A stretch of DNA of 64,000 nucleotides, taken from assembly GCA_965221905.1 (NCBI GenBank), contig OZ244922.1, positions 1,696,001 through 1,760,000 of the forward strand. The letters run 5' to 3'. Shown piece by piece: positions 9,213 through 19,208 of the stretch (position 1 is its first letter; each line of letters begins with the position of its first letter). The position numbers were made by a program, and so were the translations under genes. A model generated the notes under the pieces. The model was not told where the DNA came from and made no database searches. It saw only the letters and a list, made by a program, of their open reading frames with translations. This DNA comes from Chloroflexota bacterium. Lineage in GTDB: Bacteria > Chloroflexota > UBA11872 > VXOZ01.

Positions 9213-12200
9213 ATGTTTTCGACAAAGTCGCCGTCTTCGACGCAGTCGCCGTCTTCGACGCAGTCGCCGTCTTCGACGCAGTCGCCGTCTTCGACGCAGT
9301 CGCCGTCTTCGACGCAGTCGCCGTCTTCGACGCAGTCGCCGTCTTCGACGCAGTCGCCGTCTTCGACGCAGTCGCCGTCTTCGACGCAGTCGCCGTCTTC
9401 GACGCAGTCGCAGTCCGCCGGATACGTTGAGCTGCACGCCAAGAGCTTCTACTCCTTCGGGACGGGAGCCTCCCACCCGCACGAGTTGCTCGCCCAGGCC
9501 AAGGCGTTCGGCTATGCTGCGCTCGCCCTGACCGACACCAACCTCTGCGGTGCGCTGGACTTCGCACGCCTTGCCAACAGCCTGGAGGTCCGGCCCATCA
9601 CCGGCGGCGAGCTCACCCTGCTGGATGGTTCGCGCCTTGTTCTTCTGGCCAGGACGCGGGAGGGCTATGCCAACCTTTCGCGGCTGTTCACGCTGGCGAA
9701 CGCCGTGGACCGTCGGGAGCCGCGGCTGGACCCGGCACATCTCCCGAAGCATGCTGCAGGCCTGATTTTGCTCACCGGCGGCCGTGACGGAACGCTGGCG
9801 CGATTAGTCGAGGCAGGCCGCCACCAAGCAGCGATGACACTGCTGAAAGAGTATGTGGCATGGTACGGCGACTTCGTCGAAGACAACGACCTCGTTGGAG
9901 ACAACCGGGACGCGGTGTACGTGGAACTGCAGCAGAACTTCCTGCGCGGCGACACCAAGCGCAATAGCGAACTGGCGCGGCTTGCCCAGGACGCAGGCGT
10001 ACCCGTGGTCGCTACCAACGACGTGCACTATCACGCGCCGGAGCGCTACCGGCTGCAGCACGCGCTGGAGGCCGCCAAGCGCAATATCACCATCGACCAG
10101 GCGCTTCCCCACCTCAAACCTAACCATCACCTGCACCTGAAGTCCCACGCCCGGATGGAGCATGTTTTAAAAGACTATCCTGAGGCCATTGCCAACACCG
10201 CGAAGATCGCAGAGCAATGCACGTTCGATCTCAGTACCGATCTTGGCTACACCCTGCCTGATCCCGACGTGCCGGAGGGCTTCACGCTCATTGCGTACCT
10301 GCGCGCGCTCTGCGAGACGGCAGCGGTGCGGCGCTACGGCACAATATCGGTACAGGTGAAGGCACGGCTGGACGAAGAGTTTGACCTGATCGAGAAACAC
10401 GGGCTCGCCGGTTTCCTGTTGCTGTATCGGGAGATCGTGCGCATTGCGCGGCAGATGATGGTGGAGCGCGGTTTGGTGAGCCCTGAAACGCCGTTGGAGG
10501 AGCGGCCGCCGGGCAGAGGGCGCGGCTCATCGGTGGCGCTCTTAGTCGGATACCTCATCGGCATCAGCCACGTGGACCCGCTCAAGTGGAATCTCACCCT
10601 GGAGCGCTTCATTTCCGCGGACATGACCATGCTGCCCGACATCGACCTGGACTTTCCGCGAGAGCTTAGGGACCCGTTGCTGGAGCGGGTGCACCGGCAT
10701 TTTGGGCCGGAGTACGCTGTGCTGGCCGGCGCTATCGCTACCTATTCGGTAAAAGGAATCGTCCAGGACCTGGGGAAAGCCCTGGGACTGCCCAAGGAAG
10801 ACCTGTCGCTCCTTTCCAAGCAACTTCACTCGCACGATGCCGTCAATCTCAAGGAAGAGATGCTGGCGCTGCCGGCTTTTCGGGAGAAAGTGACGGCTGC
10901 GGGGTGGCGCGACCTCATCCGGCTCGGGCCTGCGCTCATGGATGCACCCAAGGGACTTGGTCAGCACGTCGGGGGCATGATCCTGAGCGACACGCCCATT
11001 TCGGCGCTGGTACCCATTCGTGCCGGCGCTATGGAGGGCCGCTACATCATGGACTGGAACAAGGATTCCGTGGCGGATGCCAACTTTGCCAAGATCGACC
11101 TGCTCTCCCTGCCCGTCCTCGACCAGATCGAAGAGGCGCTGGACCTGATCGCAGCCAGAGAAGGAGCGCGGCCGGACCTGAGCCGGGTCGATCCTGAAGA
11201 CTCGCAGGTGTACGATATGATCAACGCGGGGCGCTCCATCGGCATCTTTCTGCTCCAGTCGCCCGCGCAACTCAAGATGGGGCAACGCCTGCGGTCGCGG
11301 ACTTTGCTGGATTTAGCCTATCAAGTGGCGCTTATCCGTCCCGGTGTCGGCGTGCAGGGGAGTGCGGTCTCGCAGTTCGTCGAGCGGTACCGGCACGGCG
11401 TCGCCTGGGAGTACGATCATCCCTTGGAGCAGCGCGCGCTGGAGCGGGGCTACGGCATCATCGTGTGGCAGGAGCAGGTGGTGCAACTCATCATGGACGT
11501 GGCCGGCATGACGGCGGCGCAAGCCGACGAAGTGCGGCGAGCGTTCGGCAAGCCCAACAACGCGCACCTGATCGCCATGCACTGGCAACATTTTTTAAAA
11601 GGCTCACGGAGTAGGGGAGTGCCTGAGGCAGTTGCGGAGAAGATTTTTGCCAAAATCAACGGTCACTACATGTTTCCGGAGAGCCACAGTCATGCCTTCG
11701 CCATCACGGCCTATCAGGCTGCCTGGCTGAAGCGCTACTACCCGCTGGAGTTCTTCATCGGCTTGATGAACAATCAGCCCATGGGCTTCTATCCGCTGGA
11801 AACCCTCAAGCAGGACGCGCAGAGCTTCGGCGTGCCGTTTCTGAATCCGTGCGTGAACCGCAGCCAGGTGCGGTGCATCCCCGCGGAGGGCGCGGTGCTG
11901 CTGGGGTTGCGGTTCGTCAGGGATATAGGGGAAGAGGTGGCGCAAAACATCGTTGCTGAGCGGGAGAGCGGCGGCCCTTACACCGGAGCGAGCGACTTCG
12001 TGCGGCGCACGGGGGTGAAGCCCCAGGCAGCGCAATCGCTGGTGCAAGCGGGGGCGTTCGACGGGATCACGCCGACTTCGTCGCAGACGCCGACTTCGTC
12101 GCAGACGCCGACTTCGTCGCAGACGCCGACTTCGTCGCAGACGCCGCATCGTCGGGTAGCGCTCTGGGAGGCCGGTCTCGCTATTCCTCCCGCCAAGCAT

Positions 12201-12665
12201 GGGCAACGCGCCTTTCCGGTGGCGACGGCAGACAATGTGCCCCAGATGGCGGACTTCGACGACTTCGAGCGGATGGTGGGCGAGTATGCGGTCATGGGCA
12301 TCTATCCCAAGGGGCACCTGATGGAGCACTTCCGACCCTCGCTGGGCCCTGAGGTGCTGCCCACCGTCGCGATAGAAGACGTGAAAGAGGGTGAGCGGAT
12401 ACAGGTAGCCGGGTGGCCGGTGGCGCGGCAGCATCCACGCGGCAGGGACGGCACGGTGTTCGTCACCATCGAGGACGAGGTGGGCAGCGTACAGCTCATC
12501 CTCTGGCCGCGGGTCTTTGCCCGCCACCGGAGAGCGCTGGGGAGTCAGGTGATCCTGGCGCACGGTGTGGTGTCACGCTGGGACGGCACCACCAACGTCA
12601 TCGTCTCAGCGGTGCGGGCGCTTGACGCCTCGGTGCCCATGCCTGCCTCTCACGACTGGCACTAG
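9213..12665 (+). CDS. dnaE2: Error-prone DNA polymerase III alpha DnaE2 (ImuC)
   Basis: PHP YVELHAKSFYSF, GRGSS, PDIDLDF, QHVGG, KIDLL, FPESHS, OB-fold VFVTIEDE, C-terminal SHDWH (S[RH]DF[RH]-type); likely ATG 9213. Confidence 0.95.
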   Translation: MFSTKSPSSTQSPSSTQSPSSTQSPSSTQSPSSTQSPSSTQSPSSTQSPSSTQSPSSTQSPSSTQSQSAGYVELHAKSFYSFGTGASHPHELLAQAKAFGYAALALTDTNLCGALDFARLANSLEVRPITGGELTLLDGSRLVLLARTREGYANLSRLFTLANAVDRREPRLDPAHLPKHAAGLILLTGGRDGTLARLVEAGRHQAAMTLLKEYVAWYGDFVEDNDLVGDNRDAVYVELQQNFLRGDTKRNSELARLAQDAGVPVVATNDVHYHAPERYRLQHALEAAKRNITIDQALPHLKPNHHLHLKSHARMEHVLKDYPEAIANTAKIAEQCTFDLSTDLGYTLPDPDVPEGFTLIAYLRALCETAAVRRYGTISVQVKARLDEEFDLIEKHGLAGFLLLYREIVRIARQMMVERGLVSPETPLEERPPGRGRGSSVALLVGYLIGISHVDPLKWNLTLERFISADMTMLPDIDLDFPRELRDPLLERVHRHFGPEYAVLAGAIATYSVKGIVQDLGKALGLPKEDLSLLSKQLHSHDAVNLKEEMLALPAFREKVTAAGWRDLIRLGPALMDAPKGLGQHVGGMILSDTPISALVPIRAGAMEGRYIMDWNKDSVADANFAKIDLLSLPVLDQIEEALDLIAAREGARPDLSRVDPEDSQVYDMINAGRSIGIFLLQSPAQLKMGQRLRSRTLLDLAYQVALIRPGVGVQGSAVSQFVERYRHGVAWEYDHPLEQRALERGYGIIVWQEQVVQLIMDVAGMTAAQADEVRRAFGKPNNAHLIAMHWQHFLKGSRSRGVPEAVAEKIFAKINGHYMFPESHSHAFAITAYQAAWLKRYYPLEFFIGLMNNQPMGFYPLETLKQDAQSFGVPFLNPCVNRSQVRCIPAEGAVLLGLRFVRDIGEEVAQNIVAERESGGPYTGASDFVRRTGVKPQAAQSLVQAGAFDGITPTSSQTPTSSQTPTSSQTPTSSQTPHRRVALWEAGLAIPPAKHGQRAFPVATADNVPQMADFDDFERMVGEYAVMGIYPKGHLMEHFRPSLGPEVLPTVAIEDVKEGERIQVAGWPVARQHPRGRDGTVFVTIEDEVGSVQLILWPRVFARHRRALGSQVILAHGVVSRWDGTTNVIVSAVRALDASVPMPASHDWH
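9227..9406 (+). repeat. 18-bp tandem repeat x10 (GTCGCCGTCTTCGACGCA) encoding (SPSSTQ)10
   Basis: Ten exact units read directly. Confidence 0.97.
9865..9905 (-). repeat. Degenerate inverted copies (~2 units) of the 18-bp repeat inside the dnaE2 PHP domain
   Basis: ACGGCGACTTCGTCGAAGACAACGAC vs reverse complement of the array ACGGCGACTGCGTCGAAGACGGCGAC; encodes DFVEDNDLVGDN. Confidence 0.65.
12069..12146 (+). repeat. 18-bp tandem repeat x4 (ACGCCGACTTCGTCGCAG) encoding (TPTSSQ)4
   Basis: Four exact units plus partial; 15/18 identical to the 5' array unit. Confidence 0.95.
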
Positions 12666-12755
12666 ACGCGGGGCAAGCCGGTGTAACGCGCGGCGCGGGT
12701 ATGGGATAATGGCACGCAATGAAGGTGCGCATGTGTCATACGAGCGGAGGGTACC

Positions 12756-13433
12756 ATGTGCGGCAGATATAGCCTCAAAGCAGACATCGCACAGCTCGCC
12801 ATGCGGTTTGAGTTTGCCGCCGATGAGGCCATACACGAACCGGCTTACAACATCGCGCCCACGCAGCAGGTGCTCACGGTCACGAACGACGGCGAGCGCC
12901 GCGCCGGGTATATGCGCTGGGGTCTGATCCCGTTCTGGGCCAAAGACGCGAAGATCGGCTACCGCATGATCAATGCCAGGGGCGAGACCGTAGCGGAGAA
13001 GCCCAGCTTTCGCACCGCGCTGCGCAAACGGCGCTGCTTGATTCTCGCCGATGGTTTTTACGAATGGCAAAAGCTCGGCGGCAAGCAGAAACGCCCGATG
13101 CGGATCATACTGAAGTCGGGGGAGCCCTTCGCGTTCGCCGGTCTCTGGGAGACATGGAAAGACCCCGAAGGCGAGATGGTAAAGTCTTGCACCATCATCA
13201 CGACGGCGGCAAATGACTATCTACAACCGATTCATGATCGGATGCCGGTGATTCTCCCGCGAGAATCGGAATCGTTCTGGATGGACAAGGATGTGGAAGA
13301 CCCCTTGGCGCTTACGAGTGTGATCGCGCCGTACCCTGACGATGAGATGGACGCATTCGAGGTCTCGACGCTGGTAAACAATACCCGGAATAAAGGGCCT
13401 GAGGTGATCGACCCTGTAGCGAGATTGGTCTAG
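12756..13433 (+). CDS. SOS response-associated peptidase (SRAP/YedK/HMCES), abasic-site protection
   Basis: N-terminal MCGRY, YNIAPTQ, RWGLIP, INAR.ET, ADGFYEW, IHDRMPVIL. Confidence 0.95.
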   Translation: MCGRYSLKADIAQLAMRFEFAADEAIHEPAYNIAPTQQVLTVTNDGERRAGYMRWGLIPFWAKDAKIGYRMINARGETVAEKPSFRTALRKRRCLILADGFYEWQKLGGKQKRPMRIILKSGEPFAFAGLWETWKDPEGEMVKSCTIITTAANDYLQPIHDRMPVILPRESESFWMDKDVEDPLALTSVIAPYPDDEMDAFEVSTLVNNTRNKGPEVIDPVARLV

Positions 13434-13511
13434 GTGCGGAGAAGCGCAACGAGCGACCACCCTTGTCGTGAGCGCTGGAAAGCTCAACACCGGACGTAAC
13501 GTGGACTCTTC

Positions 13512-14204
13512 ATGAAACAATCTTCTCACCCACGCGGCGACGTCGTGGAACCGGCAGGCCAGGGCGGATTGCCCCGGCGGACGGACTATGTCGGGCAGTT
13601 TGTCACGCTATCGCCGGTTGATTCCGAGGCGGATGTGAACCAACTCTTCCTGGGCACACATGGCTCCGCCATCAGAGAGCTCGTTTGGGAATACATGGCG
13701 TACGGCCCCTTTGAGACGGCAGAGGACATGCAACGCTGGCTCGAAGAGAGGGCAGCGTCCGATGATCCGCTCTTCTTCACCGTGCACCACCATGAATCTC
13801 AGCGGCGGGTGGGGATGGCGAGCTTTCTCAACATTGAGCCGGAAATGCGGCGTTTGGAATTGGGCCACATCTGGTATGCGGCGGACGCGCAGGGGACACA
13901 GGCAAATACCGAGGCTGTGTACCTCATGCTGTGCGAGGCCTTCGACAGGCTCAACTACCGTCGGGTGGAGTGGAAGTGCGATGCTCTGAACGCCCGTTCG
14001 CGGACGGCGGCTCTACGCCTCGGCTTCAGCTTTGAGGCCATCTTCAAACAGCACATGATCGTCAAGGGACGCAATCGGGATACCGCTTGGTTTGCACTGC
14101 TGGACAGCGAGTGGCCCTCCATCAAGAAGAACTTTCAGAGATGGCTCTATCACAATCCGGACTGGAAGTTGTCGCTCGCCGAACTCAACCGCGGTAGGCT
14201 CTAA
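13512..14204 (+). CDS. GNAT family N-acetyltransferase (RimJ/RimL-like)
   Basis: ELGHIW, YRRVEWKCDALN.RS..AALRLGF, KGRNRDTAWF. Confidence 0.9.
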   Translation: MKQSSHPRGDVVEPAGQGGLPRRTDYVGQFVTLSPVDSEADVNQLFLGTHGSAIRELVWEYMAYGPFETAEDMQRWLEERAASDDPLFFTVHHHESQRRVGMASFLNIEPEMRRLELGHIWYAADAQGTQANTEAVYLMLCEAFDRLNYRRVEWKCDALNARSRTAALRLGFSFEAIFKQHMIVKGRNRDTAWFALLDSEWPSIKKNFQRWLYHNPDWKLSLAELNRGRL

Positions 14205-14319
14205 GTTAGAGGCAATAGTTATCGGGGACTTCTTGCAGGCCTCTACGACGATAGATTGCATAGACTTGCACCGCTCTTCAGGGACTTTTGAAAAACAGTT
14301 CGGAATGTGGAGGGATTCA

Positions 14320-14354
14320 CCCTCACCCTAACCCTCTCCCTCGACGGGAGAGGG
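14320..14354. repeat. REP-like element, CCCTCACCCTAACCCTCTCCC family
   Basis: CCCTCTCCC-TCGAC-GGGAGAGGG hairpin; matches the 3462 copy. Confidence 0.75.
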
Positions 14355-14482
14355 AACTGGTCCGCTCCGCGAATCGTAGTGCAAGGGTCTCGGTTGGTGG
14401 AGAGGGGACGCTCTCACGTTTGCCCAAGCCAATCAAGTGTCTCTCAGCATCCAAGAATCTGCGTTGTTGCCGCTGTTCGCGG

Positions 14483-15151
14483 TCAGATTACAGAAACCGC
14501 GGACGGAGCGAGCGCGTTGGCGACCTCTTCCCGGTTTGCCAGTACGGCCCAGTGCTGGCCGACCAGCGCGGGGAACAGGTGCTTTGAAGTCTCATTGCCA
14601 TAGAGGATGCAGTCCTCCAGCCAGAGCCGCTTCTTGAAGTTGAGTTCCCTGCTTTGAATCAGGGAATAGAAGACGCAGGCGCTGCCGTACTGCCCGCATA
14701 GCACCAGGTTTTCAATGCCGGCGTTGTGCAGCAGATACTCCAGCCCCGTACCGGTAAATACGGAGCCGGTCGTTTTGCGTACCAGCAGTTCCCCAGGCAG
14801 GGGCGCCAACTGATCGATCACCGACATGGCGGGGGTGTCGAACAGGTCGTAGTCCCTTTCTTGCATGTGGAGTGGAGCATCTCGCTTGTCAAGCGTCCAC
14901 CTGGCGCAGACGGCATGGACGACGAGCGCACCGGCTTCGCGAAATATGTGAAGTGCGTCGGTGACGTTGGGAATCACGTAATCGAGCTCGCGTGCAAACC
15001 ACTCAGCCTTTTGGTGGTTGCCTTGTGCCAGCCACACCGGATTGCAGAACCGGTTCATCATGTCGATGATGATCAGCGCGGTCTTTTCCGGTTCGAGGAT
15101 TTCGTCTTCAGCGATACGCTGCGTGACGAACGAGTCAGTGTCGATGAGCAT
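14483..15151 (-). CDS. Isochorismatase/cysteine hydrolase family
   Basis: TALIIIDMMN.F, RKTTGSVF.GT.L, LCGQYGSACV (D-K-C triad). Confidence 0.85.
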   Translation of the reverse strand: MLIDTDSFVTQRIAEDEILEPEKTALIIIDMMNRFCNPVWLAQGNHQKAEWFARELDYVIPNVTDALHIFREAGALVVHAVCARWTLDKRDAPLHMQERDYDLFDTPAMSVIDQLAPLPGELLVRKTTGSVFTGTGLEYLLHNAGIENLVLCGQYGSACVFYSLIQSRELNFKKRLWLEDCILYGNETSKHLFPALVGQHWAVLANREEVANALAPSAVSVI

Positions 15152-15349
15152 GCGACAGTCTCCCCTTGTAAAAAGTTTGAAACGAATATTCAGGGCGCAT
15201 CTAGGCACTCTGTGCAACGACTGGGAAGGGCATAGGTAGTAAGCCTAGTGCAATTTCATTTCAACTGTACTCTGATGCGTTGCCCTCTCCCTCGGGATAG
15301 GGGACAGAATCGGAGCGTCGTTGGGTGTTGGAACTAGGTTGAAACGGTA

Positions 15350-16279
15350 CTAGGCCTCTACTTCAACAGGCTGCGTGGACGGCTTCTTGGGCGGATCGGT
15401 TGCCCAATACCCGTGGTCGAGAAGTTCCTCGTACGTATCGGGACGGCGGTGATTCCAGGCGTCTTCACGGAAACTCGCGAGACCGGTTGTGCCACCCCGC
15501 ATGACCATCCGCGGACGGTCGAGGTCAAGTGTGGCAAGGGCCACGCCCCAGTAGCGCCCGCGGTCCGCCAACGCAATGCCGTCCGGTCCAATCACACTGC
15601 TGCGATTGAGGCACATGCCCGGCATCCAGGGCTCATGGTCTGTGAAGCCGTAGTTTACGGGACAGACGTAGACGCAGTTATCGATGGCGCGAGACTGGAT
15701 CACGGCTTCCCAGCCGACCTCGCCATACATGCTGTACATGGTGGGGTGAAAGATGATGTCGGCGCCTTTGAGCGCGAGAATGCGGAACCCCTCAGGGAAG
15801 AAGACATCATAGCAGATGGTAATGCCAATCTTGCCGAAATCCAGTTCGAAGACCGGCCAGGAATCGCCGGCGGTGAGACCCCACACTTCCTCTTCAGTGA
15901 CAGTGAGATGGACCTTGTGGTACCCGCCGATGTAATCGCCGTTGCGGCCGATGACCATTGCCACATTGCGGTGAACCCCGTCCTCCACGCCAACTACGGG
16001 AGCAACGACATACATACGGTGCTGCCGCGCGATAGCCGCCATACGCCGGTAGGTTTCCCCGCCGGGTACCGGTTCGCGCCAGCGGTGATTAGTCCCGCCG
16101 TCGCTGATGCCGCGAATGGTAAATGCCTCCGGTAGGCAGGCAATATCCGCCCCCTGCGCGGCAGCCTCGTGGAGCAATTCCTCCGCTTTGCCCAAGTTGA
16201 ACTGATAACGTTCCTCGTCACTCTCTCCAAGCACGGTATTCGGAGTGGAGCAAACGGCCACTTTCGCCAATCGAGCCAT
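15350..16279 (-). CDS. Carbon-nitrogen hydrolase (nitrilase superfamily)
   Basis: CLPEA, YHKVHL, ICYDVFFPE (E-K-C triad). Confidence 0.92.
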   Translation of the reverse strand: MARLAKVAVCSTPNTVLGESDEERYQFNLGKAEELLHEAAAQGADIACLPEAFTIRGISDGGTNHRWREPVPGGETYRRMAAIARQHRMYVVAPVVGVEDGVHRNVAMVIGRNGDYIGGYHKVHLTVTEEEVWGLTAGDSWPVFELDFGKIGITICYDVFFPEGFRILALKGADIIFHPTMYSMYGEVGWEAVIQSRAIDNCVYVCPVNYGFTDHEPWMPGMCLNRSSVIGPDGIALADRGRYWGVALATLDLDRPRMVMRGGTTGLASFREDAWNHRRPDTYEELLDHGYWATDPPKKPSTQPVEVEA

Positions 16280-16434
16280 GTCTAAACTCCCCTATCCGTT
16301 AGAGATTGCCAAGCAAACCAGACTCATACTCGCATGCTATTGAGTCGTGCGGCAAGTTCCAGGCAATGCAACGCCTAAAAGAGAACCAGGGGAGCGGGCC
16401 GCGCTCCCCTGGTCGAGTAGTCACGTTGTCACGT

Positions 16435-17781
16435 CTACCAGAGACAACCGCGATCGTCCAGCCAAATTTGGACTTGATCCTGCGTTTTTTGCAGCGCTTC
16501 GGGTACGGTGAGCGAGCCTTCCAAGATTGCCGGCCACGTCTCATTACGCCAGATATCGTTGAAGTCGCCCTGTTGGATGAGTGTCGGCGTCGCGTTGGCA
16601 ATTTCCGCCATCTTCTTGTAGACGCTCGCGTCCTCGTAGTCCTTGGTCGTGATCGGCTCGCGGCGCAAATCCGCCGGATAGCGTCCGCCGCCCTGTGGGA
16701 CCCAGATCTCCTGCAGGTCGCCGATCACCGTGTGCTTGATGAACTCCCAGCCACCCTCGACGTTCTCGGCCTGAGAACCGAGGTGGATGGCTACCACGGC
16801 ATAGGCGGCCTTGCGACCACCCGGCCCATTCGGGGTCGGCGCCATGCCGACTTCAAACAGGTCATTTGCCGTGACCTGTTCATTGATGCGCCGGATTTGG
16901 AAGTGCCCAGTGTGATAGATGGCCGTGTTCCCCTCGAAGTAGTTGCCGCCCTGCACTCTGTGCTTGTTAAAGGTATCCGCTTGGAACTGTACAGCTTCGC
17001 GGAATTCATCGCTGCCGAAGCCGGCCTGCGAGCAATCCGGATTCCAGAAATCGGCGCCCCACGCCCATGAGTAATACGTCAGCACAGAGGGGACATGCGG
17101 CTGAGTGCCGAGACCGCCCTGGACGACTTGATCGCCTTCGATCTTAGTCAGCTTCTGGGCTGCTTCCAGGGCAGCTTCCCAGGTCCAGTTACCCTCAGCC
17201 TCGAGCTCGGTTGGGGTCTTAAGACCGGCATTGACGATGAGGCTCTTGTTGTACCAGATTTCCCGCGAGTTGATCCACCAGGCCACGCCGTAATTCTGGC
17301 CCTTATGGATCCACTTGGCAGCATCATGGAAGTTGGCGGGATCGATGGCTGGGTCCGTGGCAATGATGGGATCGAGGGCCTGGACAATGTTGCCCGCGAC
17401 AAAGGTACCTACCCACCCAAAATAGCCGTAAATGATGTCAAATTTGAGCCCGCCCGCTTGGGCAGCCGCCGCTTTGGTCGGCAACTCGCCAAACGCAGAG
17501 TCGGCAATCTCTACCTTGTGACCGGGATTCTTCGCCTCAAACGTCTCTACCACCTCTGCCCAACCGTTTTGCCAGGTCTCATTCTGGCCTTCGAGTACGT
17601 GGAGGAAGTTGATCGTCTTTGGGCCTTCTTCCTTGGGCGCTTCCGCCGCCTTGGGCGCATCGGGGGCTTTTTCCGTCTCCGCCGGCGTTACAGGTACAGC
17701 GCCACAGGCTGCTGAAATCGCAACCGCGCCGGTTACCAGCGCGCCGCGCAAGACGGTTCGTCTAGAGAGTGTATCCGCCAT
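16435..17781 (-). CDS. Extracellular solute-binding lipoprotein (family 1), Tat signal
   Basis: SRRTVL...SAACG signal, WYNKSL..AGL..P, WTWE; RBS AAGGAGG before ATG 17781. Confidence 0.88.
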   Translation of the reverse strand: MADTLSRRTVLRGALVTGAVAISAACGAVPVTPAETEKAPDAPKAAEAPKEEGPKTINFLHVLEGQNETWQNGWAEVVETFEAKNPGHKVEIADSAFGELPTKAAAAQAGGLKFDIIYGYFGWVGTFVAGNIVQALDPIIATDPAIDPANFHDAAKWIHKGQNYGVAWWINSREIWYNKSLIVNAGLKTPTELEAEGNWTWEAALEAAQKLTKIEGDQVVQGGLGTQPHVPSVLTYYSWAWGADFWNPDCSQAGFGSDEFREAVQFQADTFNKHRVQGGNYFEGNTAIYHTGHFQIRRINEQVTANDLFEVGMAPTPNGPGGRKAAYAVVAIHLGSQAENVEGGWEFIKHTVIGDLQEIWVPQGGGRYPADLRREPITTKDYEDASVYKKMAEIANATPTLIQQGDFNDIWRNETWPAILEGSLTVPEALQKTQDQVQIWLDDRGCLW

Positions 17782-18281
17782 GGTATCCCTCCTTTTAGAG
17801 GAAGACTTCGATAATGGAATTACACGGACAGAAGTGCGGCCGATGCTACATTGTACTCCACCCCCTTTTACTCCATCAAGCCGCTCCGCACCTAATATAG
17901 CAGTGACAAGCATCTCGGCGCAATTATCAAGGACTTGAATTTCCCGGTTGTGTCGCTAGAGCATGCCATAACTTTGCCTTCCCAGGGTTGAAATGACGTC
18001 CGTTGAGCCGGACTTTCCCGGTCAAGCTGCCTCCTTGTCCCGTTGGCGTAGGCGGTCGATACTAGGGTGACGGTAGACATCCTTCTTCAATCCAGGCCTG
18101 TTGCTTCTTCACGTGGCAACCGCTCGCTCCATCATCTAAAGTTAAGTTGATCATTTTGGTTAGCTGATTCACGAGCGCTAAGCCAAGGGTTAACATTGCG
18201 TTGGCTGTCCACTAAGTGAATTCTTGTACAGGACCTAAGGACGATCCAGTTGGTTCCGCAACCTAAATTAAGAAGGAATGA

Positions 18282-19208
18282 ATGAAGAAACTCTCGCAAG
18301 CGGCATTTGAAAGCGCCAAGACTTTTGTTTTGGATCAGGGCAGAGACTTAGACCGAGCACTTATTGCATATAACTTCGAAGCCGGGTCTAAGAATGATGT
18401 CTTGGCTGCGCTGGCGGCGTACCAGAACGACGACGGTGGTTTCGGCCACGGTCTGGAACCCGATCTCAGAACTCCGGCGTCGTCAGTCATTGCGACGACG
18501 GTGGCGTTCCAAAACTTCCGGTCTCTTCGCGTCCCAGCAGACCATCCAATGGTGCGTAGGGGAATTGAATACCTACTCGAAACGTACGATGTGTCCCGGC
18601 AGGTGTGGCCGATTATTCCACCCGAAACTGCTGATGCGCCCCACGCTCCTTGGTGGGACTATGCCGGTAGCGAAGCGGGATTTGGCGGGTTCTTGGTCAA
18701 CCCGCGTGTTGAGATAGTCGGCTACTTGCACGACTACAGCGGAATAGCGCCGACAGACCTGCTGGATACATTGACTACGTCGGTTTTCGAGCACCTGGAA
18801 TCGCTGCCCGATGAAGTGGAGATGCACGACATCATTTGCTTTGTCAGCCTCGCGGAAACCGCATCTCTGCCCCAGCCCTACCGAGACCGCATTTGGGCGA
18901 AACTGGCTAAGGCTGCGGAGCACGGTGTCGCCCGACAGCCTGAGCAATTGAGTGGTTATGTGCTCAAGCCCCTGTACTTGGTATCCTCCCCGGATTCACC
19001 GCTGGCGGCTGGGCTTGCGGACGAAGTGGCGATGAATTTGGATTTCGAGATCGAGCAGCAAGGCGAGGACGGCGCCTGGTCGCCAAACTTCTCATGGGGA
19101 GACCAGTATCCTGAGGCATGGCAGATCGCCAGGAGAGAATGGCAGGCGAGGATTACGCTGAGCACTCTGCGAGTGTTGCGTGATTTCGGTCGCATCGAGA
19201 CCGTCTGA
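18282..19208 (+). CDS. Alpha/alpha-barrel protein with prenyltransferase/squalene-cyclase-like repeats
   Basis: YQNDDGGFGHGLEPD and QQGEDGAW QW-type motifs. Confidence 0.7.
   Translation: MKKLSQAAFESAKTFVLDQGRDLDRALIAYNFEAGSKNDVLAALAAYQNDDGGFGHGLEPDLRTPASSVIATTVAFQNFRSLRVPADHPMVRRGIEYLLETYDVSRQVWPIIPPETADAPHAPWWDYAGSEAGFGGFLVNPRVEIVGYLHDYSGIAPTDLLDTLTTSVFEHLESLPDEVEMHDIICFVSLAETASLPQPYRDRIWAKLAKAAEHGVARQPEQLSGYVLKPLYLVSSPDSPLAAGLADEVAMNLDFEIEQQGEDGAWSPNFSWGDQYPEAWQIARREWQARITLSTLRVLRDFGRIETV

Noticed and set aside
9227-9406. CRISPR-like array
   Set aside because: Head-to-tail 18-bp units with no spacers, inside a CDS, and no cas genes
9150-9752. Antisense ORFs with LRRRRR / TATASK / CVEDGD repeats
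   Set aside because: Alternative-frame readings of the stop-free tandem repeat opposite dnaE2
14221-14246. IS-end-like sequence GGGGACTTCTTGCAGGCCTCTA
   Set aside because: No partner IR or transposase found
16306-17715. Long plus-strand ORFs opposite the SBP (and similar shadows opposite other genes)
   Set aside because: Antisense shadows expected from GC-rich codon bias; no motifs
18060-18135. Minus-strand KQQAWIEEGCL resembling the C-terminus of the neighbouring SBP
   Set aside because: Too short and weak to call a pseudogene
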